From Macrostomum lignano (Eukaryota), in contig NIVC01000740.1 of NCBI GenBank assembly GCA_002269645.1, forward strand, positions 62,001 through 126,000: DNA of 64,000 bases. The letters run 5' to 3'. Below, in pieces: positions 12,376 through 24,700 of the stretch (its first letter is position 1; every line of letters starts with the position of its first letter). Below the pieces are notes generated by a model, which was given only the letters and a program-made list of their open reading frames with translations, did no database searches and was not told the origin of the DNA. Made by a program: the position numbers and the translations under genes.

Positions 12376-14344
12376 GGCATTCAGTGTGCTTTAAGACTAT
12401 TGTGCTGATTTTCTATGGTCATTTTATTAGCACTTTGTTTGGCATGCTACTATGCTTTAATGGCTTTGAATACAATACCTTGAAACTGTTTGCTTTTTCT
12501 TAAGCTACTTATTTACCACCAATTGTTTAACATTGTGCGATTTATTCTACAACCCCTGTCTGTTGCAGAATTTCTGCATTTTTCAGCAAAGTACTTTTAT
12601 ATGCTGGTCAATTGAAACTGTTCTATGTTTTCTCTTTATCTTAGCTGCTACACCACTTTGAAGCCAAATTGACTTGTGTTCTAAATTTTAAAGCTGGTTA
12701 AAGCTTTAGTTTGGTTCATTTTTGCCAAATATCTCTTTTCTGTCAGCATTTTATCGTATATAAATATTACATATTCATCAGATTGATAGGTGAAGTCCTT
12801 TATTTTACAGCATTCAAATTGCATGGGGTAGTATTTATAGTAAGTTCTTCATTTTACAGCTCAGCCATTAAAATTGCATTAGTTAGTATTTATGCAGTTA
12901 CAGCAAGTTAAATTTTTCTTTGAATCTATTTTGAACTTCTCCATTTTTTTAATTCAAAGTTTGCCAATAGTCTAGCTGTTCTAATTTTCAATGATTTGAA
13001 CCCTTCAAATTTTTTTCCGAGTTGGTTGTTGAAAATAAAAAGACTTTTAATTAACTTTTATCACTTCTTTATCACTATTTATTATTTTAGACTTTGTATA
13101 CATGCTATCTTTTAATAGTTAAAATAAAAATACACCTCTAAGCTGTTGTAGTTTTGTTCACAGTTAAAAATTGCTACTTAAACTTAAACATAACTTATAG
13201 GAGTAGGACAGCATAAATAATGTATATATATGACAAAGCGCAACTACATATTTTCAAACTAAATTAATCATGGTTGGACATTGTATCGATTTGTGGCATT
13301 CCATAAGCAATTTTGAGGATTTGTACCACATTTTGAATAGGCTTGCAATCAAATTAGCTATTTTACAAATTTTTGGTTTTTTGTCATTTCTGAAGCACAC
13401 AATTTTTTGGGAAAATGCTCCTGCAATATGATGACCTGTAACTTAGTGTTTTCCTGTAATGGAAAAGCCCCTAGTGAGTTTTTCAAGAAATATTCAAGAA
13501 GTGTTTTCTGAGTTAAGTAGAAAGAGGTGCTAATTTCTCTATCAATTTCTAATTAATACCTCTACCTTAAAAATCTTATTCTCTATGCTAATTCTATAAT
13601 ACGAGTAGTTGGTTTTAAATTAGATTAAAACATGTCTTACTCCACGCATTAAAGCTAGTTATTCAAGATTAAATCTTTGCCTGGCAATTTTGAAATAGAA
13701 AGTTGTGTACAATTTACAAATCCATATACTAAAAATTTTGCTCTAGTTTTGTACCTAGCCTATATAGCATGCAAGTTTTTTGGCACTTGACTTTTATTAG
13801 AAAGTTTTATGTTTTTCTATGCAAATTTTTAATGAATACCTAAAAATTATATAATTCCCATACTCCAGAAAGCATACATCATGTGGGAAAATTGTGGCAT
13901 GTATTTTGTTTGCCCTAAAAATTGTGGCATGCTATGGCATGAAATAGCTAGCGTAGAATGTGGCCTAGCATAATAGTTGGGCATGTTTTGTTGAGACAAA
14001 AGTTGTGAAAAGACATGTTATTGTAAACTGTAAAGAGATAAATTCATACTTAATTTTATTGCCAAATGACAAATAAATTTTAATGTGCCAAAAAGAAACA
14101 TTGTATATTTGCATGCTACAAAAGTTTTTAAAAATATTAAAGACAGTTTTTTGAACTTCATTTTTTAAATGTAAAAAGTTGCATGTTTTTTCTGTAACAT
14201 ATTAGTTTGGCACGCTTTTGCTTAAAACTAGCATGCATCTATTCCCTATTGGAAAAATGTTGAAAACCCTTTAGAAAAAAAATCCAAACTATTTTACTGC
14301 GCTTTAGGATTATTAGAGATGTTCTGTTTTGTCAAAATCAAAAT

Positions 14345-14435
14345 TTGCTAACTTTCCAAAATCAAAATTGAAATTTTCCAAAATCAAAATTGAAATTTTC
14401 TAAAATCAAAATTGAAATTTTCCAAAATCAAAATT
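14345..14435. repeat. 21-bp tandem repeat (CCAAAATCAAAATTGAAATTT) x4
   Basis: Direct reading. Confidence 0.85.
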
Positions 14436-14642
14436 CAGAATGAGCAATTTAGTATGAGCAACATTCACTTTTTTACTTTCAATTTACTGCTTATGCAAAA
14501 CAAAATAATGTATATATAGCAGAAATTCATTTTTTAGTAACTTTTTTAGACACTTCCAAAATTTTGACTTTAAAATTTTTTTTTAAATTTTGGAAAATGA
14601 AATTGAAATTTTGGAACCTTTCTAAGCTTTATAAATTACGAG

Positions 14643-16613
14643 TGAGGAAGGGCCTTTTAAAATACAGTATGAATGCTTTAAAACTTACTCGTGTTTCTTA
14701 GAAAGACCATTATTTGAATTCCCGCAAAATGCTAATATTTTTGTTTTAATGTTGTGAATGCAATTAATATTGTACGAAACCAAGGGTGCGTTCGAGTGAC
14801 TTAAAATGACTTAAACTGCCATTTTAACGTCCTTAGTAAAACAAATGTTAAGCAGACTAAATGTAAAAATAATCTAGGTAAATGATAGTCAAGTTACAAT
14901 TAAGAATTAATTCAATTTCTAAAACCGGTCTAAGATTAAAAAACGTCGCCTATACTTCTTCCAACTCAACCTGAACGCCTAGGCACCGTTTTAACTTCGC
15001 TCGCAATTACCACATTTAATCGTAATTGAATATTTTGTATTCTTCACCTTTGTTCTATCATTTGCTTTCACGTCCTTTTGCTCAGTTCGCTGCCCGTCAT
15101 TATAGTCTTTGAATAATTGCTTAGTACTAATATTGTTTATTTATTAATTGTTATTACGTAGTAGTTTATTTGGACTTGGAATATAGTCACTATTATTGTT
15201 GCTACTGTTATTATTTTTCTATTGGAGTTTTGTACTTTTTCAGCTTGGTTCTTATTCTTCAATATAGTATCTGAGTGAACTTCATGTTATAGTTTTGTCT
15301 TTCTATTTATTCCGTAGCTATTGTAATACCAAGGAGTTATTCACTTTGGTTAAATCATATTATTTTATTGCTATCTGGCCTATTTTTTTCTCAATGAATA
15401 GTTGACTGACTTACCTTGTTTTTTATTCTTTTGCTTGTTCGAATATAGTAATTAGCTCCTTATTTATTATCTTTATTCATCACAGTCAACTTATATAAAC
15501 CAAAAAAAAACATTTCTTTCAAATATACCTCTGCATCAATAAGTTTCATATATTTTTTGTATTTTGTGCCAATCTCTGTAAATTTGTTTACAGTTTCTCT
15601 TGTTGCATATACTCATTTTTTGCAAGTAGTGTTAATCTATTAGTACTAAGCAATTATTCAAAGACTATTATGACGGGCAGCGAACTGAGCAAAAGGACGT
15701 GAAAGCAAATGATAGAACAAAGGTGAAGAATACAAGATATTCAATTACGATTAAATGTGGTAATTGCGAGCGAAGTTAAAACGGTGCCTAGGCGTTCAGG
15801 TTGGGTTGGAAGAAGTATAGGCGACGTTTTTTTAATCTTAGACCGGTTTTAGAAATTGAATTAATTCTTAATTGTAATTTGACTATCATTTACCTAGATT
15901 ATTTTTACATTTAGTCTGCTTAACATTTGTTTTACTAAGGACGTTAAAATGGCAGTTTAAGTCATTTTAAGTCACTCGAACGCACCCCAATTTTGTTTTA
16001 AATACATAAGCCAGACTGTATAAATAGGAGCTCAGAATGGGCCACGAGGTTAACTTCTTCCTGCATGCTCAGGCAAGACAGTGACAATCAGTTCACTCGA
16101 TAAATATTCTAAAGCATTCTTGTTCGACTTATTTATTGCGACAGTATAAAGCCCCAAATTGGGAGTATTACTAAAGGACCGCTACAAAGCGAGAAACCGC
16201 CTCAGGGCAGTAATAGTAAATTCGCCTCAGGGCAGGAGAACCGCCTCAGAGCGAGGGAAAGATCGCCTCAGGGCAGAGAAAGAGCATAAGCTGTGACCCT
16301 CTGATCCAGGGAACGCCCAGGACTGAGAGAATAATATTAGGGGAAGCATAGGAATAGAATAGACAGTGCCAATAGACCGCTCAGGCCAGAAAAGTACAAT
16401 AGAAGTATATACGCTACCAATAGAAGTACATACGCTACCAATAGAAGTACATGCGCTACCAGTAGAATTACAATTAACAACCAGTAGAATTATTAAGAAG
16501 AAATAGCTTTGTGGCAGCAAGTAAGGCTAGACAAAGGATTAATTAAGAGCCTTACGACAGCTTTTGGTGGCATTGTGAGATAATTAATAGAGGCAGAAGT
16601 AACCCCTAGGACA
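14643..16613 (+). repeat. 5' LTR (interrupted by MITE)
   Basis: Nearly identical to 21032-21795 (two substitutions seen by eye); TATAAAT at 16019-16025. Confidence 0.95.
14784..15987. mobile_element. Non-autonomous DNA transposon (MITE), PIF/Harbinger-Tourist-like
   Basis: ~350-bp near-perfect TIRs (14784-15132 and 15638-15987) starting GGGTGCGTTCG. 3-bp TSD CAA at 14781-14783 and 15988-15990. The 3' LTR shows the empty site with a single CAA. Confidence 0.92.
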
Positions 16614-16617
16614 ACTT

Positions 16618-16628
16618 TGGTGGCAGCG
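16618..16628 (+). promoter_or_regulatory. Primer-binding site, tRNA-Leu
   Basis: TGGTGGCAGCG, 4 nt after the LTR end, is complementary to the 3' end (CGCTGCCACCA) of tRNA-Leu(AAG/TAG). Confidence 0.85.
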
Positions 16629-16765
16629 TAAAGGATCAGAGAAACGGCGCGAATTAGATCAGAGAAACGGCGCGAATTAGATCAGAGAAACGGCGAGATT
16701 TAGATCAGAGAAACGGCAAAAACCTTAGAAGACTAGAGAAATAGCAGAACCTGACAAGATCAGAG

Positions 16766-17353
16766 ATGGCCAACGCAAATGATGCGATTGCGATGCTAGC
16801 TGAAGAGCTAAGAAACAGGGTAGAACTAGGATCGCTGAAGCAGGTAGAAGTAGAAAAGTACACGCCTGACAATAACATCAGGCAGTGGCTCAACGCATTC
16901 GAGCAGCAATGCAGGATGCAAGGATTTAACGAAGAAAAGCGGAAGGAAGCCCTCTTCGCCAATCTGGATATCCCAGAAGGACTGAAGCGGAGGATGAGCC
17001 ATAGGAAAGATCAGCAGCATTATCAGGAGATTAGGAGGCAGATCATTGAGGAGTTTGAGCCAAAACAGCAAAACCAGAAAGGAGGAACTGAAGCCCTAGT
17101 GGAGTGCTTGGTCACCTTGATAACTATCTTCACTAGTATCAACGTGAGTTCAAACCCGGAACGGCAGAAGCAGTTTCAGCCAATGCCAAAGCCGCGTCCC
17201 CAGTTCAGGCACCGATTTAGTGGCGCCAGACCTGAGCCAAAACCCGGCCATTGCTTCTTCTGTGGACAGTCAGGACCAATTAGACCGCAGGCAGGTCACA
17301 GATGCAGAATTAACTTGGGAGAAGCCAGACAGCGAGCCCAGGAGAAAGGATGA
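16766..17353 (+). CDS. gag: Gag-like protein (195 aa, internally shortened, degenerate Zn knuckle)
   Basis: First ORF after the PBS. EKYTPDNNIRQWLNAFEQQC resembles the Gypsy capsid N-terminus. CFFCGQSGPI is a broken CCHC knuckle. Confidence 0.75.
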   Translation: MANANDAIAMLAEELRNRVELGSLKQVEVEKYTPDNNIRQWLNAFEQQCRMQGFNEEKRKEALFANLDIPEGLKRRMSHRKDQQHYQEIRRQIIEEFEPKQQNQKGGTEALVECLVTLITIFTSINVSSNPERQKQFQPMPKPRPQFRHRFSGARPEPKPGHCFFCGQSGPIRPQAGHRCRINLGEARQRAQEKG

Positions 17354-17829
17354 GAGTTGAGTCTGTAAGCGCGATTCAGTTAAGCTCAGAAAAGTGTACA
17401 TAGTATTCATAAAAATATAAAAAATTATAAAAAGCTTCGAAAAAGAAAATAAAAATGTTTGAATTAGCACTATATAACGTATAAAATGCACTTAATTGCT
17501 TACTGGAACCCTCAAAGAGGCCGTTTTGCAAACTAACCCTTAGAAGGGCCGTTTTAATGAAAAATACCTTATGCAAGCCGCTAATGCATAAGAATGTTCG
17601 ATCTAGCACTATACTATGTAAATAGCACATAAAATTGCTTAAAGTGAATACCTTAGAAGAGTCATTTTAATAATATATCTTATGGAAGCCTCAAAAAGGC
17701 CGTTTTACTAAAATTCAGATATAGGTTTAATTTGGGATAGCGAAGCTGCTTAGAAAATAGGAAGCATAACTAATTAGCCAAAGTCCTTCCAGAGTATTAA
17801 TAAAAGGCTCTGTGGAAAGAAATAATTAA

Positions 17830-19082
17830 AAATAACTCTGACAAACAGGAATATAAGCGAGATAAGAGTTGCGAAGTTGAGAAGTTTTGAAGAGAGAATT
17901 GAGACAAGAAGTGAAAATCGAAGCCAGTGTACTAGAAGCAGAGGTAGACTAGGGAAAGCCTAGCCGCACCCTCGAGATGCTGATAGGCACGAAGCTGTTG
18001 AAGAAGTGAATTCGAGAGAAGAATTCATGAGATATTGAGACGACAAGAGAATTTGAAGAAGAAAATTTGGAGAAGAGTTGAGAATTTGATTGAGAAAATT
18101 CTGATCAGCTATCTTCGTGTGTCCCTCTTTAGATAAAGACTTCATTGCTTTCTAAAAGGATGCGATAGACTGTGAAGAGCAAAAATAGAGCAGAATTTGA
18201 GAAGATTGTGTAGATAGAAGCTCGAAAATGTTAAAGGCACTACTGAGTGACCGAACTAAGTAGAGCATGATGAAAATCGTTGTGAGAAATTGGTGAAAAT
18301 ACGTAAGCGAGGAGATTTCGCATCGAGAAATTAGCAGCTAGAAAACGTTGTGTGCCACTACTGAGTAGAAATGAGAGAAAGTCGAAGTGAGAAATTGTCA
18401 GAGATAATTTAAAAGTTCTCTTTTAGAAAGAGAGATAATCCAATTAATTTGAGAAAGCCAAGAATGAAATTTCTTGATCCCGCTTAGAAAGGCATGATTT
18501 AATCATTTAAAGTCCTCTCTCAAGGATCTTGAAAGCTGAAAGAGAAATTTGATAGATGGAACTACTGAAAGAGTACTCTGTCTTATGGAGAAAGCAAGGT
18601 AGCCCATTGGCAGCCAAATTTCAGCCTGATCCTAAGAGCAGTGTATTTCGGAAGGTAGATGTTTGAAAAATTATTGAGCTAACTAACCAAATAAAGAGAC
18701 GGAACCTACAAATAGGGGAAGGCAGAGAGAACAACAGAAAAAGAGAGAGCCGAAAAATAAGGGAAGGCAACAAATTAGTAAGAAAAATCATTTAGAGCCA
18801 ATAATAGAAACTGACAGTTCGGAAGACGAAAGAATTCAGTGGAGAGCAAGAGAGATCGAGCCAATTGAGGAAGAAGTTGAGCAAGAGGAAATTGAGCAGA
18901 ATGAGATAGAAGATGAGTCAACAGACAGTGAAAGAACTGAGTTAGCTGAGGATGATGACGCATTAGAGATAGGTGAGAATGAAAGAGCCGAACAAAGACA
19001 TCAATATAATTTGAGACCCCGAGAGAACTCAGTCGCAACAGGCTTTGTTCCCCGGAGGCGTTACTCACACTACCGAAAGTGA
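17830..19082 (+). pseudogene. Decayed pol (integrase C-terminal tail) remnant
   Basis: Purine-rich coding-like sequence with stops. The last open stretch (~18761-19082) is acidic and ends QRHQYNLRPR...RK*, like the YNLRPR tail common at Gypsy pol ends. No RT/RNaseH/DDE core was seen. Confidence 0.55.
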
Positions 19083-19479
19083 TGAAGCCGAATCCATGTA
19101 AAAATGTGTAAATAGACTCAATATAAAAAACTCATAAAAAGTAAAAATCATAAAATCTATAAAAATACAAAAATATTAAATTTGCATATACAGTATTAAG
19201 TAAAAATGTTTTGCGCATTACTAACAGTGGAGTATAGAGAATTGTGCAGGTATTGTTCGAAACCCGTCCCGCATAAAAATCCTAGCAACGCTTAGTAACG
19301 GTGTGAGCCAATGAGCAAGCCCGTTAGGAATTTGCTAAACCCCCCACTCGTGCGAACACGAAGATGCGGTCCAGTTTTTCAGATACGTAATCGGACACCC
19401 ACAGCTCCCCAGACCCGTCGATCACACCTCGCCCCGCCGAGAGAATTAGTCATATATTACAAGCAATTACTGAGTCAAT

Positions 19480-20616
19480 ATGGACGATAGCCTGGACGAT
19501 TTTATTCAAGAATTATTAGGCTTAAATGAGACCATGGAGGTGGAAGCTGCGCCGGAAGCTGCACCGCCGGCAGATCAGCCACCAGCGCCGCCAGCTCGGC
19601 CTGAGAATGCGCCACCGGCAGATCCACCAGCGCCGCCAGCTCGGCCTGAGAATGCGCCACCGGCAGATCCACCAGCGCCGCCAGCTCGGCCTGAGCTCCC
19701 GCCACCAGCAGCCCAACCGACAGCTCCAGTGGCAGCACCACAACCGGGACCATCAGCAGCTCAGCCCGAGGGAGCTGCGGCGAATCAGCCAGTGGCAGCC
19801 TTAGAGGAGGCGCCGCTGAGGCTACCGACAAGGCCCAGAGCCTTGCCCGGAACCAGCAAGAGACCACCGACGATCGAGCAACCGGCAGATCGAGAGGTAA
19901 TTCCGGCTAAACGAGCTGCAATCATGGAAGCTCAGGCGAGGGCACCCATCAAATCGGTGGTGATAAAATCCTGTGCTGAGGAAGGGAGGCGCACTGTACA
20001 GCTAGTGGCGCCACACCGTCCATCAACACGGCGCCCACTGCCTCCACCTCGCGAACAGCCGCCGCCGCCGCCTCGCCGTCAACCATCGCCGCCTCGTCAA
20101 CAGCAGCCTCCGCCGCCGCTTCGTCAACAGCAGCCTCCGCCGCCGCCTCGCCGTCAGCCATCGCCGCCTCGTCAACAGCAGCCTCCGCCGCCGCCCCGTC
20201 AACAGCAACAGCCCTGTCGACAGCCCCTGCAACAATTGCCGCCCCCGCCGCAGCTGCAGCAACCGGCAAGGGATTATCAGCAGGCCGCTCTAGATCTAAT
20301 CGCGATGCACGGCGCACCGCTAGAGCGTACCACACATGGTCTGCGAAGGTATTTGCTGCAAATCGCTCACCTACGGTTAGACCAAGCGTTGCCGCAACGC
20401 GCTTACGTTTGGCCAGGGTTGAGGCAGCTGCGAGCCCGCTACTCCCGCGAGGAGGCGATCATCCTGCTGCGTCACACCGTCGGCCAGGTTCGCAGCGACA
20501 TCGATGCTGCTCGCCAGCCGATCCAGCGCCAACTTTTGGGCATCGAGATTCGTTGGCTCTTTTCGCAGCTGGGTTGGCCGGCCTTCCGCGACCTGCCTCG
20601 TGACTGCAACTTCTGA
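19480..20616 (+). CDS. Extra ORF (378 aa) of LTR element: acidic N-terminal helix, Pro/Ala and Pro/Gln/Arg repeats, ~115-aa unique helical C-terminal domain
   Basis: ATG-initiated, intact, GC-rich ORF between the pol remnant and the PPT; no signal peptide or TM segment is evident. Confidence 0.8.
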   Translation: MDDSLDDFIQELLGLNETMEVEAAPEAAPPADQPPAPPARPENAPPADPPAPPARPENAPPADPPAPPARPELPPPAAQPTAPVAAPQPGPSAAQPEGAAANQPVAALEEAPLRLPTRPRALPGTSKRPPTIEQPADREVIPAKRAAIMEAQARAPIKSVVIKSCAEEGRRTVQLVAPHRPSTRRPLPPPREQPPPPPRRQPSPPRQQQPPPPLRQQQPPPPPRRQPSPPRQQQPPPPPRQQQQPCRQPLQQLPPPPQLQQPARDYQQAALDLIAMHGAPLERTTHGLRRYLLQIAHLRLDQALPQRAYVWPGLRQLRARYSREEAIILLRHTVGQVRSDIDAARQPIQRQLLGIEIRWLFSQLGWPAFRDLPRDCNF

Positions 20617-21018
20617 ACATAAACAGTTGTAAGAACTAACTAGCATTTGAACTTTTATGCCTTAATAACAAAGCCGTACTTCCACTTTTTATTAGAAATT
20701 AACATTGTTGTATTTTGTAGCACTTTTCTAGTTATTTTGCTCCGAATCTTTGTGCAATCTTCTTAATCCAATTTTTTTTTACATATTGCGATATTCATAA
20801 ACATCTTTTTGCCGTATTAGTTTTCATGAATATGTTGCCTAAGTGCTTATACATTGTGCCAGTTTACTCTTTTGCTTATATGTACTCCCGCCATTTTCTT
20901 TTACATATGCGACATTAGAGACACTTAATAATCATTTGTTTTACTCATAGTAATAATTACCTGTATATATTTTCTCACGCACAAATTTTAGAAATATGTT
21001 TGTTCAAAAATCTATAGT

Positions 21019-21030
21019 AGGGAAGGCAAG
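21019..21030 (+). promoter_or_regulatory. Polypurine tract
   Basis: AGGGAAGGCAAG, 1 nt before the 3' LTR. Confidence 0.75.
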
Positions 21031-21031
21031 T

Positions 21032-21795
21032 TGAGGAAGGGCCTTTTAAAATACAGTATGAATGCTTTAAAACTTACTCGTGTTTCTTAGAAAGACCATT
21101 ATTTGAATTCCCGCAAAATGCTAATATTTTTGTTTTAATGTTGTGAATGCAATTAATATTGTACGAAACCAATTTTGTTTTAAATAAATAAGCCAGACTG
21201 TATAAATAGGAGCTCAGAATGGGCCACGAGGTTAACTTCTTCCTGCATGCTCAGGCAAGACAGTGACAATCAGTTCACTCGATAAATATTCTAAAGCATT
21301 CTTGTTCGACTTATTTATTGCGACAGTATAAAGCCCCAAATTGGGAGTAGTACTAAAGGACCGCTACAAAGCGAGAAACCGCCTCAGGGCAGTAATAGTA
21401 AATTCGCCTCAGGGCAGGAGAACCGCCTCAGAGCGAGGGAAAGATCGCCTCAGGGCAGAGAAAGAGCATAAGCTGTGACCCTCTGATCCAGGGAACGCCC
21501 AGGACTGAGAGAATAATATTAGGGGAAGCATAGGAATAGAATAGACAGTGCCAATAGACCGCTCAGGCCAGAAAAGTACAATAGAAGTATATACGCTACC
21601 AATAGAAGTACATACGCTACCAATAGAAGTACATGCGCTACCAGTAGAATTACAATTAACAACCAGTAGAATTATTAAGAAGAAATAGCTTTGTGGCAGC
21701 AAGTAAGGCTAGACAAAGGATTAATTAAGAGCCTTACGACAGCTTTTGGTGGCATTGTGAGATAATTAATAGAGGCAGAAGTAACCCCTAGGACA
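21032..21795 (+). repeat. 3' LTR
   Basis: TG...CA, 764 bp, matches the 5' LTR. Confidence 0.95.
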
Positions 21796-24700
21796 CGAGT
21801 GTATAGGCCCCTCTCACAGAGGTATTAGACCCCTTTCCATGTATATATATTTTTGCTACTAGAGCAGCAGCCAGCAGAAAAGGGTAGCGTGCGCAAGCTG
21901 CCTGTCTGTGCGCACTATGCTTTTAAAAAAAAATAAAAAAAGTGTGCAAGACGCCGTCTGCGGTTTTACAACTTTTTCCCATAGGGCATCTACTTGGCAC
22001 TAGCTAGAGTGCATCTACTTGGCACTGGCAGGCATTGGTTTAGAGCATTCCAGCATGCACTCAACATCCTGGATGGAATTCTTGCAGAAAAATCACAACG
22101 TGTTATGCGATTGCGAGAAAAAAATGCGATTTTGCGTCAAAAAATCCGGAAAAAATGCGTCGCAGAATTTCAGACAAAATTGCTAATTCTTAATATATGC
22201 AAAAGTGCGCTTGAGATATTGGATTTTGCAAAAGATAATCCTGCTAGCTAAGATCCCGAAGAAAAAAAGAATAAAAAGTAAAAACTAAATAAGACACAAA
22301 AGTAAAAATTTGAAAAAATTCTATAAAAAGTAGAAACTCGTAACATTCTCTAACATACGTATTTGGACGTAAATTCAAATCACTACATTTTCTTAGAATG
22401 CATTTTTCATTATTGTCTCGTTATTTCGTTATTTCGTTATTTTGCGACGTGCTAAGTACCAAAATAAAAAATGCGACCAATAAAAAATATTTTGCGCGCC
22501 ATAAAAAAATCGCACAATTCCGTTTGACTTAAGAAATACAAGAATTCCATCCTGGCTCAACATGATTTGGACTAGGCCTATGGTATAATCCTTTCTTTAT
22601 TATTAGTATAATACCTAGTAATTTTGCTTTTAAATGCAATAAAATTTTTCATGCATAAAAAGTTTGATACCAATATGCCAGGATGAAATTTTTGTACAAA
22701 ATCCTGGATGCCTTCTGTGCATACAAACAAAAACTTGCGCACTTGCACACACATTTCTAGCAAACTTGCACAACTTGAAAAAGCTTATGTGCGCGCAGCT
22801 TAATATTCTAAGAAATCTTGCATAATTTCATTTAAATTTTAAATATTGCACTTGTTACAGTAAAACAAAGTTATTACAATTTTAAAAACAAAGCTACTGG
22901 GAACTACAATAAACTAAAAAAGAATAATATTTTTAAAGATTTATTTAAACTTTAATAAAACATTGTAAAAAATTTGCTAAGAAATTCAAGTGGAAAAAAC
23001 TTGCACATTCACAGGTAAAAAAACTTGCGCGAAAAAATTTTTGTTCCTAACTTGTCATGCAAAGATTCCATCCTGGCCAATATGTAATAATAACAATTAT
23101 ATTTTCAAATGAAATCATACAACCTTTTTTGCAATTGCAAAAAACCTTGCAACCTGCAACCTGCCACCTGCAACCTGCATACATAAACCTCTTGAAGTTT
23201 TTTTGAAACCTCTTGAAGAAAAAGTTTTTGTCAGCACACATGGTATAGAATGCATCCTAAAAATTCTATCTTGGATAGAATCCAATGTCACTAGACCTAG
23301 AACTATTGCATATACAATAAAAGGGTAAAATTGAATTATGTCATTTGAATTTTATGTTAATAATGCCCAAGTAAACTTATCTGTCATAATCTTCTAATAA
23401 AGAATTCTAAGATTGAAAATTTGACTACTACAACAATGATCAAGAAGCCATATAAACTTATAAACAAAATATTAAATTATCAAAAATACAATGCATAGCC
23501 AATAGCCTGAGGCTAAAAACTAGGATCAATCGCTTTAATTAACGAAATTTTAGGCGAAAAAGTTGAGATAAAAAATTCAAAACAATTATGAAAAAAACAT
23601 CACCTACAATAAAATTTCAATTGATTTTGGCTAATTGGCTTAGTAGACAATCTGATAATGCGCAGAAAAGAAGTGTTCCTGATAGTCAGCTAAATTACGC
23701 AATTCAATTTCAGTATGTATGTATATGTATATATGTATGTATAGTATGTATACGTGCAGCGTGAGATAATTTTAGAGACAAATAACACTGACAGCTATAG
23801 TTTATTTGATTGATAATGATGATATGTCGAAAATGTATAATGATGTCTTATGTTTTTTGATAACGTTTCTTGGAAGAAAACCAAGTCAAATTAATTTATT
23901 TTTCAAACAAACCTAAAGGTGAACTTTTTATTCTCTCTCAGGGTCTCTAAAAACCCTACTCATTTAATACATTAAATAGATATTTTTAACATTTTTGTTT
24001 TTTTATAAAAACTTATATTATAACACCAATACTACCGGAAGAACGCTTTGGTAGCTTATTCGTTCTGGCTTATATTTTTTTGTGTAACGCACGTCAGAGG
24101 ACCTTTTTTAACTTTATTTTCTTATCAACTCGCATAAAAGTAGCAAAAATTATTTATGATTGTCGTTGGTCTTAATTAATAGCTATAATCACGACTAAAT
24201 ATAATATCCGCGTGATTGCTAATTATAAATCGAGTAGTATGCATCAATATGCATACTACTCGATATATAATAGCGCTGTTGAGTATTTGACCCAGTTTGC
24301 TCCCAGTGACCTTTATACTTATTCAGGTACATATTCAGGTCTCGCTTTTAAGACATTTGCGAAGAAAAAACTTTTTGCGCTAAAAATTACCAAATAATTC
24401 ATTTGCTCGTAACCGCACACACTATACTATATACGGACTCTGAATTTTTGGCGCCGCGGACACTCATTTTGGCGCCGCAGGCGCTTTATTTTGGCGCACT
24501 TGAAGCAAATATTGATTTTCACAACAGTCCACAACAGTTCGGGGGAAGCTTGGGACAAAGCATGCTTGCATGTGATCAAAAACATTAAAAAGTCGTCACC
24601 TTTGAGAGTGCGCACTAAATTCTAGCTGAGTATTGACTTTTGAGTGACGCAACTTGCGCCATGCGAAGCAGAGTTGGGCTGAGTGAGGGGGGATTTGGAG

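Larger units (their letters stand above)
14643..21795 (+). mobile_element. Non-autonomous Ty3/Gypsy-type LTR retrotransposon, full boundaries
   Basis: TG...CA LTRs at 14643-16613 (764 bp once the 1207-bp MITE+TSD is removed) and 21032-21795 (764 bp). 4-bp TSD CGAG at 14639-14642 and 21796-21799. PBS, PPT, gag and a pol-tail remnant are present. Confidence 0.95.

Noticed and set aside
16227-16520. 97-aa minus-strand ORF duplicated at 21409-21702
   Set aside because: It lies within the LTRs, so the duplication is trivial, and it is built from short LTR repeats.
18775-19068. 97-aa minus-strand ORF
   Set aside because: Antisense shadow of the purine-rich pol tail on the + strand.
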